Below, piece after piece: positions 1 to 8,718 of a stretch of 64,000 nt of DNA. The notes beneath the pieces were generated by a model that saw nothing but the letters and a program-made list of their open reading frames with translations, ran no database searches and was not told the origin of the DNA. Origin of the DNA: Acidimicrobiales bacterium. Lineage in GTDB: Bacteria > Actinomycetota > Acidimicrobiia > Acidimicrobiales > SZUA-35. The DNA is taken from the NCBI GenBank assembly GCA_047974625.1, contig JBKECK010000054.1, forward strand, positions 148,687 to 212,686, given 5' to 3'. The translations under genes and the position numbers were made by a program. The first letter of the stretch is position 1. Each line of letters starts with the position of its first letter.

Positions 1-500
1 TGGCCGAGGACCTGATCGCCAGCGGGTTGACCACTCCCGCTCACCTGGCCGTCCAGGGGGGTTCGAACGGGGGCCTCATGGCCGGGAACATGCTGGTCCG
101 GCGCCCGGAGCTGTTCGGTGCCGTGGTCATCGAGGTTCCCCTGCTCGACATGAGGCGCTACCACCACCTCCTAGCCGGGGCCTCCTGGATGGACGAGTAC
201 GGCGACCCCGACGACCCCGACCAGTGGTCCTTCGTCAGGACGTTCTCGCCGTACCACCTGCTGGATCCCGAGGTCACCTACCCGCCGGTGCTGTTCACCA
301 CCTCCACCCGGGACGATCGGGTCCACCCCGGCCACGCCCGCAAGATGGCGGCGCTGATGCTGGAAGCCGGTCAGGACGTCACCTACTACGAGAACATCGA
401 GGGCGGCCACGGCGGGGCGGCCACCAACGAGCAGGCCGCCCACCGGGCCGCCCTGGTCTACACCTTCCTGGCCGAGCGGATCGGGCCCCTACCCGGCTGA
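1..500 (+). CDS. S9 prolyl-oligopeptidase-family serine peptidase, C-terminal catalytic part (5' end outside window)
   Basis: The reading frame is open to the window edge. It has the GGSNGGL nucleophile elbow (GxSxGG) plus a downstream Asp (TSTRDDRVHP) and His (IEGGHGG), typical of the S9 alpha/beta-hydrolase catalytic domain. Confidence 0.8.
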   Translation, partial: AEDLIASGLTTPAHLAVQGGSNGGLMAGNMLVRRPELFGAVVIEVPLLDMRRYHHLLAGASWMDEYGDPDDPDQWSFVRTFSPYHLLDPEVTYPPVLFTTSTRDDRVHPGHARKMAALMLEAGQDVTYYENIEGGHGGAATNEQAAHRAALVYTFLAERIGPLPG

Positions 501-539
501 GGGGCCCGGTCCCCCTCGGACAGGCCCCCGTCAGACATC

Positions 540-576
540 CCCCACTAGGCAGCCCCCACTAGGCAGCCCCACTAAG
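540..576. repeat. 14-bp tandem repeat CCCCACTAGGCAGC, about 2.6 copies
   Basis: Read directly in the 72-bp gap between convergent genes. The last partial copy contains the TAG stop (minus strand) of the SDR gene. Confidence 0.7.
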
Positions 577-1435
577 TATTGGGGACCGGGGAACCCGGGG
601 CGCTCGGCTCGGGCACCTCGCCGAACCCGGCCAGTAGGGGGTCGATGTTGGGTCCCCGGCGGAGGTGGTGGCCCCCGTCCACGGGCAGGATGACCCCCGT
701 CACCCAGGCCGATTCGGGGCCGCACAGGAAGCGGATCGCCGCGGCCACGTCACCGGTGGTGCCCCGCCGGCCGAGGGGCATGTTGAGGCGGTAGTCCTCG
801 TTGATCTCCGGGGTGGTCTGCAGGGAGGCCGAGATCGCCGTCTCCACCAGGCCGGGGGCCACCGCGTTGACCCGGATCCCCCGGGAGCCGAGCTCGTCGG
901 CGGCGTTGCGGACCAGGGCGTTGAGCCCACCCTTCGAGACCACGTAGGGGGACATGAACCGGTGGGTGTGGGACCCGGCGATCGACGAGACCGCGCACAT
1001 CGCCCCGCCGCCGTTGGCCAGCAGGTGGAAGGCCCCGTGCTTCAGGGTCAGGAAGGCCCCGGTCAGGTTGGTCCGCAGGACCCGTTCCCATTCGGCCACC
1101 TCGAGGGCCTCGATGAGGCCGGCCCCGCCGGTACCGGCGTTGGCCACCACGATCGACAGTGGGGCCCGCCCGTTGGCCGTGGCCAGGGCTGTGGCCAGGT
1201 CGGCCTCGTCGTCGACGTCGGCGACCACATAGTGGACCCGCTCCCCGAGGTCTTTCACCGCGTCGATCAGGCGGGACTCGGTCCGGCCGCTGATGGTGAC
1301 GGTGGCCCCGTCGGCGGCGAGGGCCCGAGCGGCCCCGAGGCCGATCCCCGAGCCTCCGCCGGTGACGAAGGCGTGGCGACCGGCCAGGGGGCCGGATCCG
1401 GTGGGTGGACCAGGTTCGACCACGGCGCTCACCAC
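572..1435 (-). CDS. SDR-family oxidoreductase
   Basis: Has the TGGGSGIG Rossmann motif, NAG, and the catalytic S...YxxxK (YVVSK). The track ORF 572..2059 is over-extended. GTG starts at 1435 or 1432 give a GTGA overlap with the upstream P450 stop. Confidence 0.85.
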   Translation of the reverse strand: MVSAVVEPGPPTGSGPLAGRHAFVTGGGSGIGLGAARALAADGATVTISGRTESRLIDAVKDLGERVHYVVADVDDEADLATALATANGRAPLSIVVANAGTGGAGLIEALEVAEWERVLRTNLTGAFLTLKHGAFHLLANGGGAMCAVSSIAGSHTHRFMSPYVVSKGGLNALVRNAADELGSRGIRVNAVAPGLVETAISASLQTTPEINEDYRLNMPLGRRGTTGDVAAAIRFLCGPESAWVTGVILPVDGGHHLRRGPNIDPLLAGFGEVPEPSAPGSPVPNT

Positions 1436-2718
1436 TCGACCGGGAGGGTCTCGATGCCGAGCACGAAGTTGCCGCGGCGCTCCGGCTGGAGACCGTCGGG
1501 GTCGACCAGGCGGAGGTCGGGGAGACGGCGGAGCACCTCTTCGAACAGGATCCGCAGTTCGAGCCGGGCCAGGTTGGCCCCCATGCAGAAGTGGCGGCCG
1601 TTGGCCCCGAAGGCCATGTGGGGGTTGGGGTCGCGGCTGATGTCGAACTCGTCGGGCCGGTCGAACACGGCGGCGTCCCGGTTGCCGGACAGGTAGAGCA
1701 ACAGGAGACGGTCGCCGGCCAGCACCGGTTGACCGCCGAGTTCCACGTCTCGGGTGGCGGTCCGGTTCATGTTGCGGACCGGGGTGATCCACCTGAGCAT
1801 CTCCTCGATCGCCCCCGGCAACAGGGTCGGGTCGGACCGGAGGGCGGCCAGCTGATCGGGGTGGTGGAGCAGGGCCTCGAGGCCGCCGGACATCACGTGG
1901 CGGGTCGTCTCGTCTCCGCCGACGAGGATCAGCATGGTCTCGTAGATGAGGTCCTCCCGGTCGAGCTGCTCCTTCTCGTTGTGGATCAGGAGGCTGATGA
2001 GGTCCTCCGCCGCCGGGTCGGTGCGGGTCTCGAGCTGGGCGTCGATGTACTGGATCCACTCGTACACGGCGGTGACGACGTCGTCACGGATCTCCTCGCC
2101 GCCGGTGGCGAACAGGTCAGACCAGTGGAGCAGCTTGTCCTCGTCGGCCAGGGGCAGGCCCATCAGGGTGGCGATCATCCGGAGGGGGATGGGCCGGGCG
2201 ATGTCGTTCACGAAGTCGCAGTGGCCCTGGTCGATCACGCCGTCGATGAGCTCGGTGACGGTCCGGCGCAGGAACGCCTCGTGATTAGCGACCCGTCGGG
2301 GGGTGAACCCGGAGCTGACGATCCGGCGGCGGCGGGTGTGGTCCGGCGGGTCGGTGTTGATCATCGACGGCACCGAGCTCTCGGGCCGTGACCCCTTGCC
2401 GCTGCAGAAGGTCTCCCAGTCGGCCTCGATCCGGCTGATCAGCTCATGGGATGTGACCGCCCACAGGCCGGTGACGTCGTCCCAGTAGAGGGGGGCGTAG
2501 CGGCGCATCCAGGCCATCCGTTCGTTCGGATCGGCGTGGAACTCGAGGGCCATGACCTCGATGTCGTCCCGCGTCGGGTGCTCCGGGGTCCGGCGTCGGA
2601 TGGTCGAAGGGTCGAACCGGTACAGCTGGTTTCGTTGCTCGGTGGGTGCTTCCACGGGTCTGCACTCCTGGTCGGGGGGATCGCCTCCACCGTGTCCGGT
2701 CGGCGGCCGTTGCGTCAA
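1429..2718 (-). CDS. cytochrome P450
   Basis: Heme-thiolate loop FGANGRHFCMGANLA, I-helix GGDETT and the EEMLR (ExxR) motif. Its stop overlaps the SDR start. Confidence 0.9.
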   Translation of the reverse strand: MTQRPPTGHGGGDPPDQECRPVEAPTEQRNQLYRFDPSTIRRRTPEHPTRDDIEVMALEFHADPNERMAWMRRYAPLYWDDVTGLWAVTSHELISRIEADWETFCSGKGSRPESSVPSMINTDPPDHTRRRRIVSSGFTPRRVANHEAFLRRTVTELIDGVIDQGHCDFVNDIARPIPLRMIATLMGLPLADEDKLLHWSDLFATGGEEIRDDVVTAVYEWIQYIDAQLETRTDPAAEDLISLLIHNEKEQLDREDLIYETMLILVGGDETTRHVMSGGLEALLHHPDQLAALRSDPTLLPGAIEEMLRWITPVRNMNRTATRDVELGGQPVLAGDRLLLLYLSGNRDAAVFDRPDEFDISRDPNPHMAFGANGRHFCMGANLARLELRILFEEVLRRLPDLRLVDPDGLQPERRGNFVLGIETLPVEW

Positions 2719-2826
2719 TGCCGGGGCCGATCCCGGCGTGCGGACGCGCCGCCGCCCAGCTCGTACCTGGGTGCGAGCCCACGGGTCGCCCCACCTTGTA
2801 CCCGGGTGCGAGCGACCCTCCGAGTC

Positions 2827-3297
2827 TCAGCCGTTGAGCTGGGCCTGGAGGTACCGCTCGATCCCGATGTCGTTGATGGCGTGCAACTGGGTCTCGATCC
2901 AGTCGAGATGCGCCTCCTCGCCGAGCACCAGGGACTCGCACAGTTCACGGGTCCCCGGGTCACCCTCCTCGACGGCCAGACGGACGCCGCGACGGTACCG
3001 CTCGATGGCGGCCTCCTCGAGGGCTCGGTCGACCTCGAACTGCTCCATCGGAGTCTCCCCGATGCGGACCGTGCCCAGCCGCTGCAGATTGGGCATGCCG
3101 TCCAGCAGGATGATCCGGTCGATGAGGCGCTCGGCGTCGCGCATCTCCTCTATCGACTCCTCCCGGTACTTGCCGGCCAGCCGCGTCCACCCCCAGTTCT
3201 CGCACAGTTTGGCGTGGGTGAAGTACTGGTTGATGGCCGTCAGCTCGGCCGTGAGGGCCTCGTTGAGGAACTCGATGATGGCGGGGGATCCCTTCAT
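2827..3297 (-). CDS. bfr: bacterioferritin
   Basis: The internal start MKGSPAIIEFLNEALTAELTAINQYF... is a classical Bfr N-terminus, followed by ferroxidase E/H residues. 156 aa. The ATG overlaps the bfd stop (ATGA). Confidence 0.9.
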   Translation of the reverse strand: MKGSPAIIEFLNEALTAELTAINQYFTHAKLCENWGWTRLAGKYREESIEEMRDAERLIDRIILLDGMPNLQRLGTVRIGETPMEQFEVDRALEEAAIERYRRGVRLAVEEGDPGTRELCESLVLGEEAHLDWIETQLHAINDIGIERYLQAQLNG

Positions 3298-3533
3298 GCC
3301 GCCGACTGTATCGATCGTGACCGACCCCCCACCGGCGGGGCGGCGATGACGCTCGTCGCCTCCGGCCCGGACCGGTCGGTGACGGCCAGCATCTCCTCGA
3401 GCACGGGCCGGCACCCGCCACAATCGCCCCCGGCCCCGCAGGCGGCCGCCAATGCCTCCACCGTGCGCTCTCCCGACCGGACCAGCTCGACGATCGCCGC
3501 ATAGTTCAACGCTCGGCAGTGGCAGACAACCAT
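3294..3533 (-). CDS. bfd: bacterioferritin-associated ferredoxin (2Fe-2S)
   Basis: 79 aa with CxC near the N-terminus (VCHC) and a later CGGC (CxxC) pair. It lies directly upstream of bfr and is translationally coupled to it. Confidence 0.8.
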   Translation of the reverse strand: MVVCHCRALNYAAIVELVRSGERTVEALAAACGAGGDCGGCRPVLEEMLAVTDRSGPEATSVIAAPPVGGRSRSIQSAA

Positions 3534-3549
3534 CGGGACCCTCTTCGAG

Positions 3550-3579
3550 TTAGGCAGCCCTGAGATATAGGCTGCTTAA
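3550..3579. promoter_or_regulatory. 30-bp imperfect palindrome upstream of bfd-bfr (candidate iron-responsive operator)
   Basis: TTAGGCAGCC-N9-AGGCTGCTTAA. The 10-bp arms have 1 mismatch. The AT-rich centre (TATATC on the coding strand) looks like a -10 element about 30 nt upstream of the bfd ATG. Confidence 0.4.
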
Positions 3580-3626
3580 CGTAGCAGTCGACAAGGCCAC
3601 TGTCGACACCGGGGCCGGTCGAGGGG

Positions 3627-4463
3627 TCAGCGTCCGACGAAACGGGCGGCGCGTCGCTCGCGGAAGGAGGCGAGGCCCTCCTGGAAGTCGTCGGTGGCGA
3701 GGACGGCCTCGGACATGGCGGGGATGGCGGCGATGGCGGTGGGTTCGTCGTGGTCGAGGGCGAGGCGGGCGTTGGCGATGGTGTGTTGGAGACCGATGGG
3801 GGCACAGGCGAGGATGTCGCGGCCGAGCTCCACCGCCCGCTCGATCTGGCGGCCGGGTTCGACCACCTCCTGGACCAGGCCGATCCGGTGGGCCTCATCG
3901 GCCGAGAACTCGTCGGCCCGGAGCAGGTGGTACATGGCGTTGCCCCAGCCGGCGCGCTGCACGTACCGCACGGTGGCGCCGCCCAGGGGGGCTAGGCCCC
4001 GTCTGGGTTCGAGCTGACACAAGCGGGCGTCGGAGGCGGCCACCACGATGTCGCCGGCCAGGGCGACCTCGATGCCGACGGTGAGGGTGAGGCCCTGGAT
4101 GGCGGTGACCAGGGGTTTGGTGAGCCGGCGCCGCAGGCCGAACGGATCGACCGGTTCCCGGTCACGGTCGCGTCGCCGCCGTTCGGCCTCGGCCCGGGCC
4201 TCGGGGGTGAAGAACAGGGGCATCTCGAGACCGGCGGTGGTGTCGGCTCCGGCGAAGGTCAGCACCCCGGCGAACAGGTCGGCGTCGTCGTCGAGCCGGG
4301 TGAGGGCGTCACCCAACTCATTCATGATCTTCGGGGTCACGGCGTTCTTCTTGGCCACCCGGTCGACGGTCATGACGAGCAGGTGGTCGTCGACCACCTG
4401 CACCCGGACCGTGCCGTGCGGGTGCAGCTCCGTGGGTTCGAGTTCAGCATCATCGAGTTTCAT
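3627..4463 (-). CDS. enoyl-CoA hydratase/isomerase (crotonase) family protein
   Basis: Crotonase-like sequence (VDRVAKKNAVT..., GADTTAGLE, ALAGDIVVAA). The start at MKLDD (4463) is preferred over the track start at 4514. Confidence 0.75.
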   Translation of the reverse strand: MKLDDAELEPTELHPHGTVRVQVVDDHLLVMTVDRVAKKNAVTPKIMNELGDALTRLDDDADLFAGVLTFAGADTTAGLEMPLFFTPEARAEAERRRRDRDREPVDPFGLRRRLTKPLVTAIQGLTLTVGIEVALAGDIVVAASDARLCQLEPRRGLAPLGGATVRYVQRAGWGNAMYHLLRADEFSADEAHRIGLVQEVVEPGRQIERAVELGRDILACAPIGLQHTIANARLALDHDEPTAIAAIPAMSEAVLATDDFQEGLASFRERRAARFVGR

Positions 4464-4554
4464 AATGGAATGGACCCTAGTGTCGACGGTTCCGTGATGC
4501 AATCGCAGTTCCATGATGCAATGGGGGCACCGGTGTCTCCCCTAAGCTGGGGAT

Positions 4555-5022
4555 ATGAAGCGAACCGACACGTCGGGATGGCCGTGCCCCATCGCCCGCA
4601 GCGCGGCGGTACTCGGAGACCATTGGAACCTGCTCCTCATCCGGCAGGCCTGCATGGGCACCCGACGCTTCGACGACTTCCAGCGGGAGCTCGGCATCGG
4701 CCGCAACATCCTCACCCGCCGGCTCAACACCCTGGTCAACGAGGACGTGCTCACCCGGGTGCGCTACCAGGAGTCCCCACCGCGCGACGAGTACCGTCTC
4801 ACCGACAAGGGCCGGGACGCCTACCGGGTGTTGGCCGCCATGGCGGCCTGGGGGGATCGGTGGCTCGGCGGGCCCGAAGGCCCCCCGCTGATCCTCCACC
4901 ACACCACCTGCGGCCACGAGATGCACGCTGTGGTCACCTGCAGCGAGTGCGCCGCCGAGATCGATGTGCGTGACGTGCGGGCATCGGCCGGCCCCGGCCT
5001 GCCCCCCGAACCGACCCGCTGA
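4555..5022 (+). CDS. HxlR-family winged-helix regulator with C-terminal Cys/His extension (paralogue 1)
   Basis: HxlR signature CPIARSAAVLGDHWNLLLIR...RRFDDFQRELGI. Extra tail: WGDRWLGGPEGPPLILHHTTCGHEMHAVVTCSECAAEI. Confidence 0.85.
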   Translation: MKRTDTSGWPCPIARSAAVLGDHWNLLLIRQACMGTRRFDDFQRELGIGRNILTRRLNTLVNEDVLTRVRYQESPPRDEYRLTDKGRDAYRVLAAMAAWGDRWLGGPEGPPLILHHTTCGHEMHAVVTCSECAAEIDVRDVRASAGPGLPPEPTR

Positions 5023-5029
5023 CGGCGCC

Positions 5030-6100
5030 CTACCCCCCGGTACCGTCGCCCTCGCCCACCGAGTTGATCAGGTCCACGGCCTGTTCGAGGTGGGTGATCT
5101 GCTCGGCGGCGGTGCGACCCTGGGGTCCGAGCCGAAGCACGTCGACCCCGGCCCGGGCGTAGGCCCGGACCCGGTCCCGGACCAGGTCGGCGGTGCCGAT
5201 CGGATAGGCGGACAGGATCAGCTCCTCGGGCACCGCGGCGGCGGCCGCCGCCTTGTCGCCGGCCACCCACAGACGTTGCACCTCGGCGGCGACCTCGCCG
5301 TAGCCGGCGCGGGAGTAGGCGGCGTTGTAGAAGTTCGTGGTGGCCGAACCCATGCCCCCCAGGGTGAACGCCATGGCCGGCCGGGCCCGTTCGATCAGGG
5401 CGTCGACGTCATCCGACACCGTGATCTGGGCGTTGACCTGGATGTCGATGTCGTCGAGGGACCGGCCCGCCCGCTCGGCCCCGGCCCGGATGGGGGCCAG
5501 CATCACCTCGGCGTGCTCGGGAACGAAGGACGTACCCAACCAACCGTCGGCCAGCTCACCGGTGAGCTCGAGGGACCGCGGCCCCAGGGTGGCCAGGTAG
5601 ATGGGGAGATCGGGCCGGGGTCGGATCGACGACTTGAGGGCCTTGCCCTCGCCCCCGGGCCGGGGCAGCACATGGTGGGTGCCGTCGTAGCGGAGCCGCT
5701 CCCCGCTCAGACCCATCCGCACGATGTCGAGGTACTCCCGAAGCCGGCCCAGGGGGTGGGCGAAGGCGGCACCGTGGAACCCCTCCACCACCTGGGGTCC
5801 GCTGACCCCGAGGCCGAGCACGAACCGGTCGTGGGAGATCTGGGCCATCGACAACGCCGTCATGACCGTCATCGACGGTGTCCGGGCGCTGATCTGCATG
5901 ATGCCGGGGCCCAGCCTGATCCGCTCGGTCACCGCGGCCAGGTAGGCCAGCGGGGTCACGGCGTCCATCCCCCACGCCTCGGCCGACCACACGGTGTCGA
6001 CCCCCAGCCGGTCGGCGGCTCGGACGTAGGCGACGACGTCGTCCCAATCGTCCCCGTCGTAGTAGGCACTGCCCACACTCACCGCGATCCTCATGGTCAC
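5030..6100 (-). CDS. LLM-class (luciferase-like) F420-dependent oxidoreductase
   Basis: TIM-barrel LLM sequence (LGVDTVWSAEAWG..., RFVLGLGVSGPQVVEGFHG). The GTG start overlaps the sulfatase stop (GTGA). Confidence 0.8.
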   Translation of the reverse strand: MTMRIAVSVGSAYYDGDDWDDVVAYVRAADRLGVDTVWSAEAWGMDAVTPLAYLAAVTERIRLGPGIMQISARTPSMTVMTALSMAQISHDRFVLGLGVSGPQVVEGFHGAAFAHPLGRLREYLDIVRMGLSGERLRYDGTHHVLPRPGGEGKALKSSIRPRPDLPIYLATLGPRSLELTGELADGWLGTSFVPEHAEVMLAPIRAGAERAGRSLDDIDIQVNAQITVSDDVDALIERARPAMAFTLGGMGSATTNFYNAAYSRAGYGEVAAEVQRLWVAGDKAAAAAAVPEELILSAYPIGTADLVRDRVRAYARAGVDVLRLGPQGRTAAEQITHLEQAVDLINSVGEGDGTGG

Positions 6101-8007
6101 GGCTCCACGATGGTGAAGTCGGCCGGGAATGACTCGAGGGCGTCGAGCACCGTCCTCAACGCCTTGTCATCCCCGTCGACGGTGACGGCGCCCCGCTCCA
6201 CCAGGTCGGTGAATCCGGCCGCCCCGGACAACAGCTCACCGAGGGTGGGGCGGGTCAGGGTGAGGGTGACGTCGGCGTCGGGATCGAGCCGGCCCGGGGT
6301 GTGATGCAGGGTGCAGTTCTCCAGGCCGAGGACATGGTCCTCCCCGAGGTCGGGGAACCGCCAGTTGATGGTGACCCTGGCCCCGTCCAGGCCGGTGGCA
6401 TCCAGGCGCACCCCGAGGCCGTCGAAGGCCAGATCGATCGGGAGGTTGTCGGCCACCGGGGTCAGGGGCCGGGCCCTGACGGCCACCCCGTCGCGCAATT
6501 CCATTGCCCCGGTCAGGTAGAAGCCCCGCCAGGGTCCCGACTCCGTGCGGTATCCCAGCTGTTCGAAGGTCCGAGCCTGCAGCTCCCGGGCTTCGGCGTG
6601 GTCGGGCCGGGCGAACACCAGGTGGTTCAGCACTTCGGCCGCCCACCGGTAGTCCCCGTCGTCGAAGGCCTGGCGACCGAGGGCCAGGGTGGCCTCGGGG
6701 CCACCGAAGGCGGCCACGTACCGGGCGGCGGCCGCCTCCGGTGGATGGGGGTCGAGGTTGGCGGGGTTGCCGTCGAACCACCCCAGGTAGCGCTGGTACA
6801 CGGCCCGGGCGTTGTGCTTGACGGTGCCGTAGTAGCCGCGGGTGTCGCCGTGACGGGCGAAGCACCCGGGCATCTCGAGCGTCTCGGCGATTTCGGGGGC
6901 GGTGAGACCCCGGTTGGCCAGGCGCATGGTCTGGTCGTGGATCCAGCGGTAGACGTCGCGCTGGCGCCGGATGAAGACGACGGCGTCGTCGTGGCCGAAG
7001 CGGGGCCAGTGGTGGCTGGCGAAGGCGATGTCGGTCTGGTGGCCGAACAGGAGCAGGGCCTCGTGGAGGTACTTGCTCCAGCCCAGGGCGTCGCGAACCT
7101 GGGCCCCGCGCAGGGTGTAGAGGTTGTGCAGGTTGTGGCTGCAGTTCTCGGCCAGGCACAGGAGACGTTTGTCCGGGAAGTGGAAGTTCATCTCCGCCGG
7201 GGCCTCGGCCCCCGGGGTGTTCTGGAACACGATGCGGAGGCCGTCGACGATCAGCTCCTGGCCGGTTTCGGCGATGATCTCGGTGGGCGGGATCAGACCC
7301 ACCTGACCCCGGGCGCTCGTCTTGCCGAGACCGGCGTCGATGTGGCCGAGGGGCCCGACCGGGAGCAGGGAGCCGTACATGTAAGAGGCCCGGCGCCGCA
7401 TGGCCGGTCCGGCCACGACGTTCTCAGCCACGACCTCTTCCATGAACCCGACCGGCGCGATGACCCGGACGTCGCCGGCGTCGACAGCCTCGGTGGTCGT
7501 CACCCCGAGCACCCCGCCGAAGTGGTCGACATGGCTGTGGGTGTAGATGACGGCGGTCACCGGCCGCTCTCCCAGGGTCCGGTTGGCCAGCTCCAGGCAG
7601 GCCGCCGCCGTCTCGGCCGTGGTCAACGGATCGATGACCACCCAGCCTCGGGTACCGGCCAAGAAGGTGACGTTGGAGATGTCGTAGCCCCGAGCCTGCC
7701 ACACCCCGTCGGTCACCTCGAACAGACCATGGTGGGAGTTCAGTCGGGCCTGGCGCCACAGGCTCGGATGGACCGAATCGGGGGCCACCGGGTCGGCGAC
7801 GGCGGCGGCCATGCCCATCTGGTCCCATTGGGGCCGGCGGCCCGCCGCGCCGATCGAGGTCTCCAATCCGGCGATCCGGCCCCGACCCGCCCGTTCCCAG
7901 TCCCCCTCGTCGTCGAGGGACAGGATCGCACCCTGCTCGGCGAGGTGACGGCGGGTGGCCTCGGTCGGCGGTTGCGGGGCGGTGACCATGGCCGGGAGCT
8001 TACTCAC
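6097..8007 (-). CDS. alkyl/aryl-sulfatase, metallo-beta-lactamase fold (SdsA1/BDS1-like)
   Basis: MBL motif YTHSHVDHFGG, followed by an alkyl-sulfatase dimerisation-like region and an SCP2-like C-terminus. 636 aa. Confidence 0.85.
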   Translation of the reverse strand: MSKLPAMVTAPQPPTEATRRHLAEQGAILSLDDEGDWERAGRGRIAGLETSIGAAGRRPQWDQMGMAAAVADPVAPDSVHPSLWRQARLNSHHGLFEVTDGVWQARGYDISNVTFLAGTRGWVVIDPLTTAETAAACLELANRTLGERPVTAVIYTHSHVDHFGGVLGVTTTEAVDAGDVRVIAPVGFMEEVVAENVVAGPAMRRRASYMYGSLLPVGPLGHIDAGLGKTSARGQVGLIPPTEIIAETGQELIVDGLRIVFQNTPGAEAPAEMNFHFPDKRLLCLAENCSHNLHNLYTLRGAQVRDALGWSKYLHEALLLFGHQTDIAFASHHWPRFGHDDAVVFIRRQRDVYRWIHDQTMRLANRGLTAPEIAETLEMPGCFARHGDTRGYYGTVKHNARAVYQRYLGWFDGNPANLDPHPPEAAAARYVAAFGGPEATLALGRQAFDDGDYRWAAEVLNHLVFARPDHAEARELQARTFEQLGYRTESGPWRGFYLTGAMELRDGVAVRARPLTPVADNLPIDLAFDGLGVRLDATGLDGARVTINWRFPDLGEDHVLGLENCTLHHTPGRLDPDADVTLTLTRPTLGELLSGAAGFTDLVERGAVTVDGDDKALRTVLDALESFPADFTIVEP

Positions 8008-8025
8008 CCGCTCCCGGGCGGGCGA

Positions 8026-8712
8026 TCAGACCGCCCGGTCGGTGGCCAGGCCACCGTCGACGATCTCGACGATCCGGTCGGCGAAGCCCAGGATCCGTTC
8101 GTCGTGGGTGACCACCACGGCCGCCAGGCCCCGGTCCTTGATCTCGGCCGCGAGCAGCTCCATGACCTGATGGCCGAGCTCGCTGTCGAGCGCCGAGGTC
8201 GGTTCGTCCACCAGGACCAGGGGCGGCTCGTTCATGAGGGCCCGGCCGATAGCCACCCTCTGCTGTTGGCCTCCCGAGAGCTGGGCCGGGAGGTTCCCGG
8301 CCCGGTCAGCCAGGCTCAGGTCCTCCAGCAACCGGTCGGCCCGGTCCCTGGCCGCCCGGTCGATCCGGCCGCCTCCGAACTGGCGGACCACGAGGAGGTT
8401 CTCCCGGGCGGTGAGGAAGGGCACCAGGTTGACCGCCTGGAAGACGAAGCCGATCCGGTCCCGGCGAAAGGTGGCCAGCTGGCCGTCGTCGTAGTCGGAG
8501 ATGTCGGTGTCGCCCACCACGACCCGGCCGCCGGTCGGCTTGAGCAGTCCGCCCGCCACCGTCAGCAGGGTGGTCTTGCCGGAACCGGACGGGCCCATGA
8601 CGAACAGCATCTCGTTGTCGTCCACGGTGATACTGATGTCGTCGAGGGCGACGACCTGCTGATCGCCCTCGCCGTAGACCTTGCGGACGTCGTGGAGGTC
8701 GAGTGCGGGCAT
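8026..8712 (-). CDS. ABC transporter ATP-binding protein (MacB/LolD-like)
   Basis: Walker A GPSGSGKTT, signature LSGGQQQRVAIGRAL, Walker B LVLVDEPTSALD. Confidence 0.9.
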   Translation of the reverse strand: MPALDLHDVRKVYGEGDQQVVALDDISITVDDNEMLFVMGPSGSGKTTLLTVAGGLLKPTGGRVVVGDTDISDYDDGQLATFRRDRIGFVFQAVNLVPFLTARENLLVVRQFGGGRIDRAARDRADRLLEDLSLADRAGNLPAQLSGGQQQRVAIGRALMNEPPLVLVDEPTSALDSELGHQVMELLAAEIKDRGLAAVVVTHDERILGFADRIVEIVDGGLATDRAV

Positions 8713-8718
8713 GTCAGG

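Noticed and set aside
541-570. A shared 10-mer, TAGGCAGCCC, between the 14-bp repeat at 540-576 and the bfd operator candidate at 3550.
   Set aside because: A single 10-mer coincidence in about 128 kb of two-strand sequence with biased composition is not significant. The first locus lies in a convergent terminator gap where a regulator site makes little sense.
572-2059. Track ORFs with long N-terminal extensions: 572..2059, 32708..34552, 44435..45535, 30405..31442, 51777..52751, 36590..38626 and 61807..63231.
   Set aside because: The extended parts are Pro/Arg-rich, overlap neighbouring genes, or read through intergenic repeats. Internal ATG or GTG codons with Shine-Dalgarno-like sequences or start/stop overlaps give proteins of family-typical length, so I used the trimmed coordinates.
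3550-3579. Calling the bfd upstream dyad a canonical IdeR/DtxR iron box.
   Set aside because: Only the terminal TTAGG/CCTAA-like pentamers match the 19-bp consensus TTAGGTTAGGCTAACCTAA. The spacing and inner bases do not. I kept it only as a generic candidate operator.
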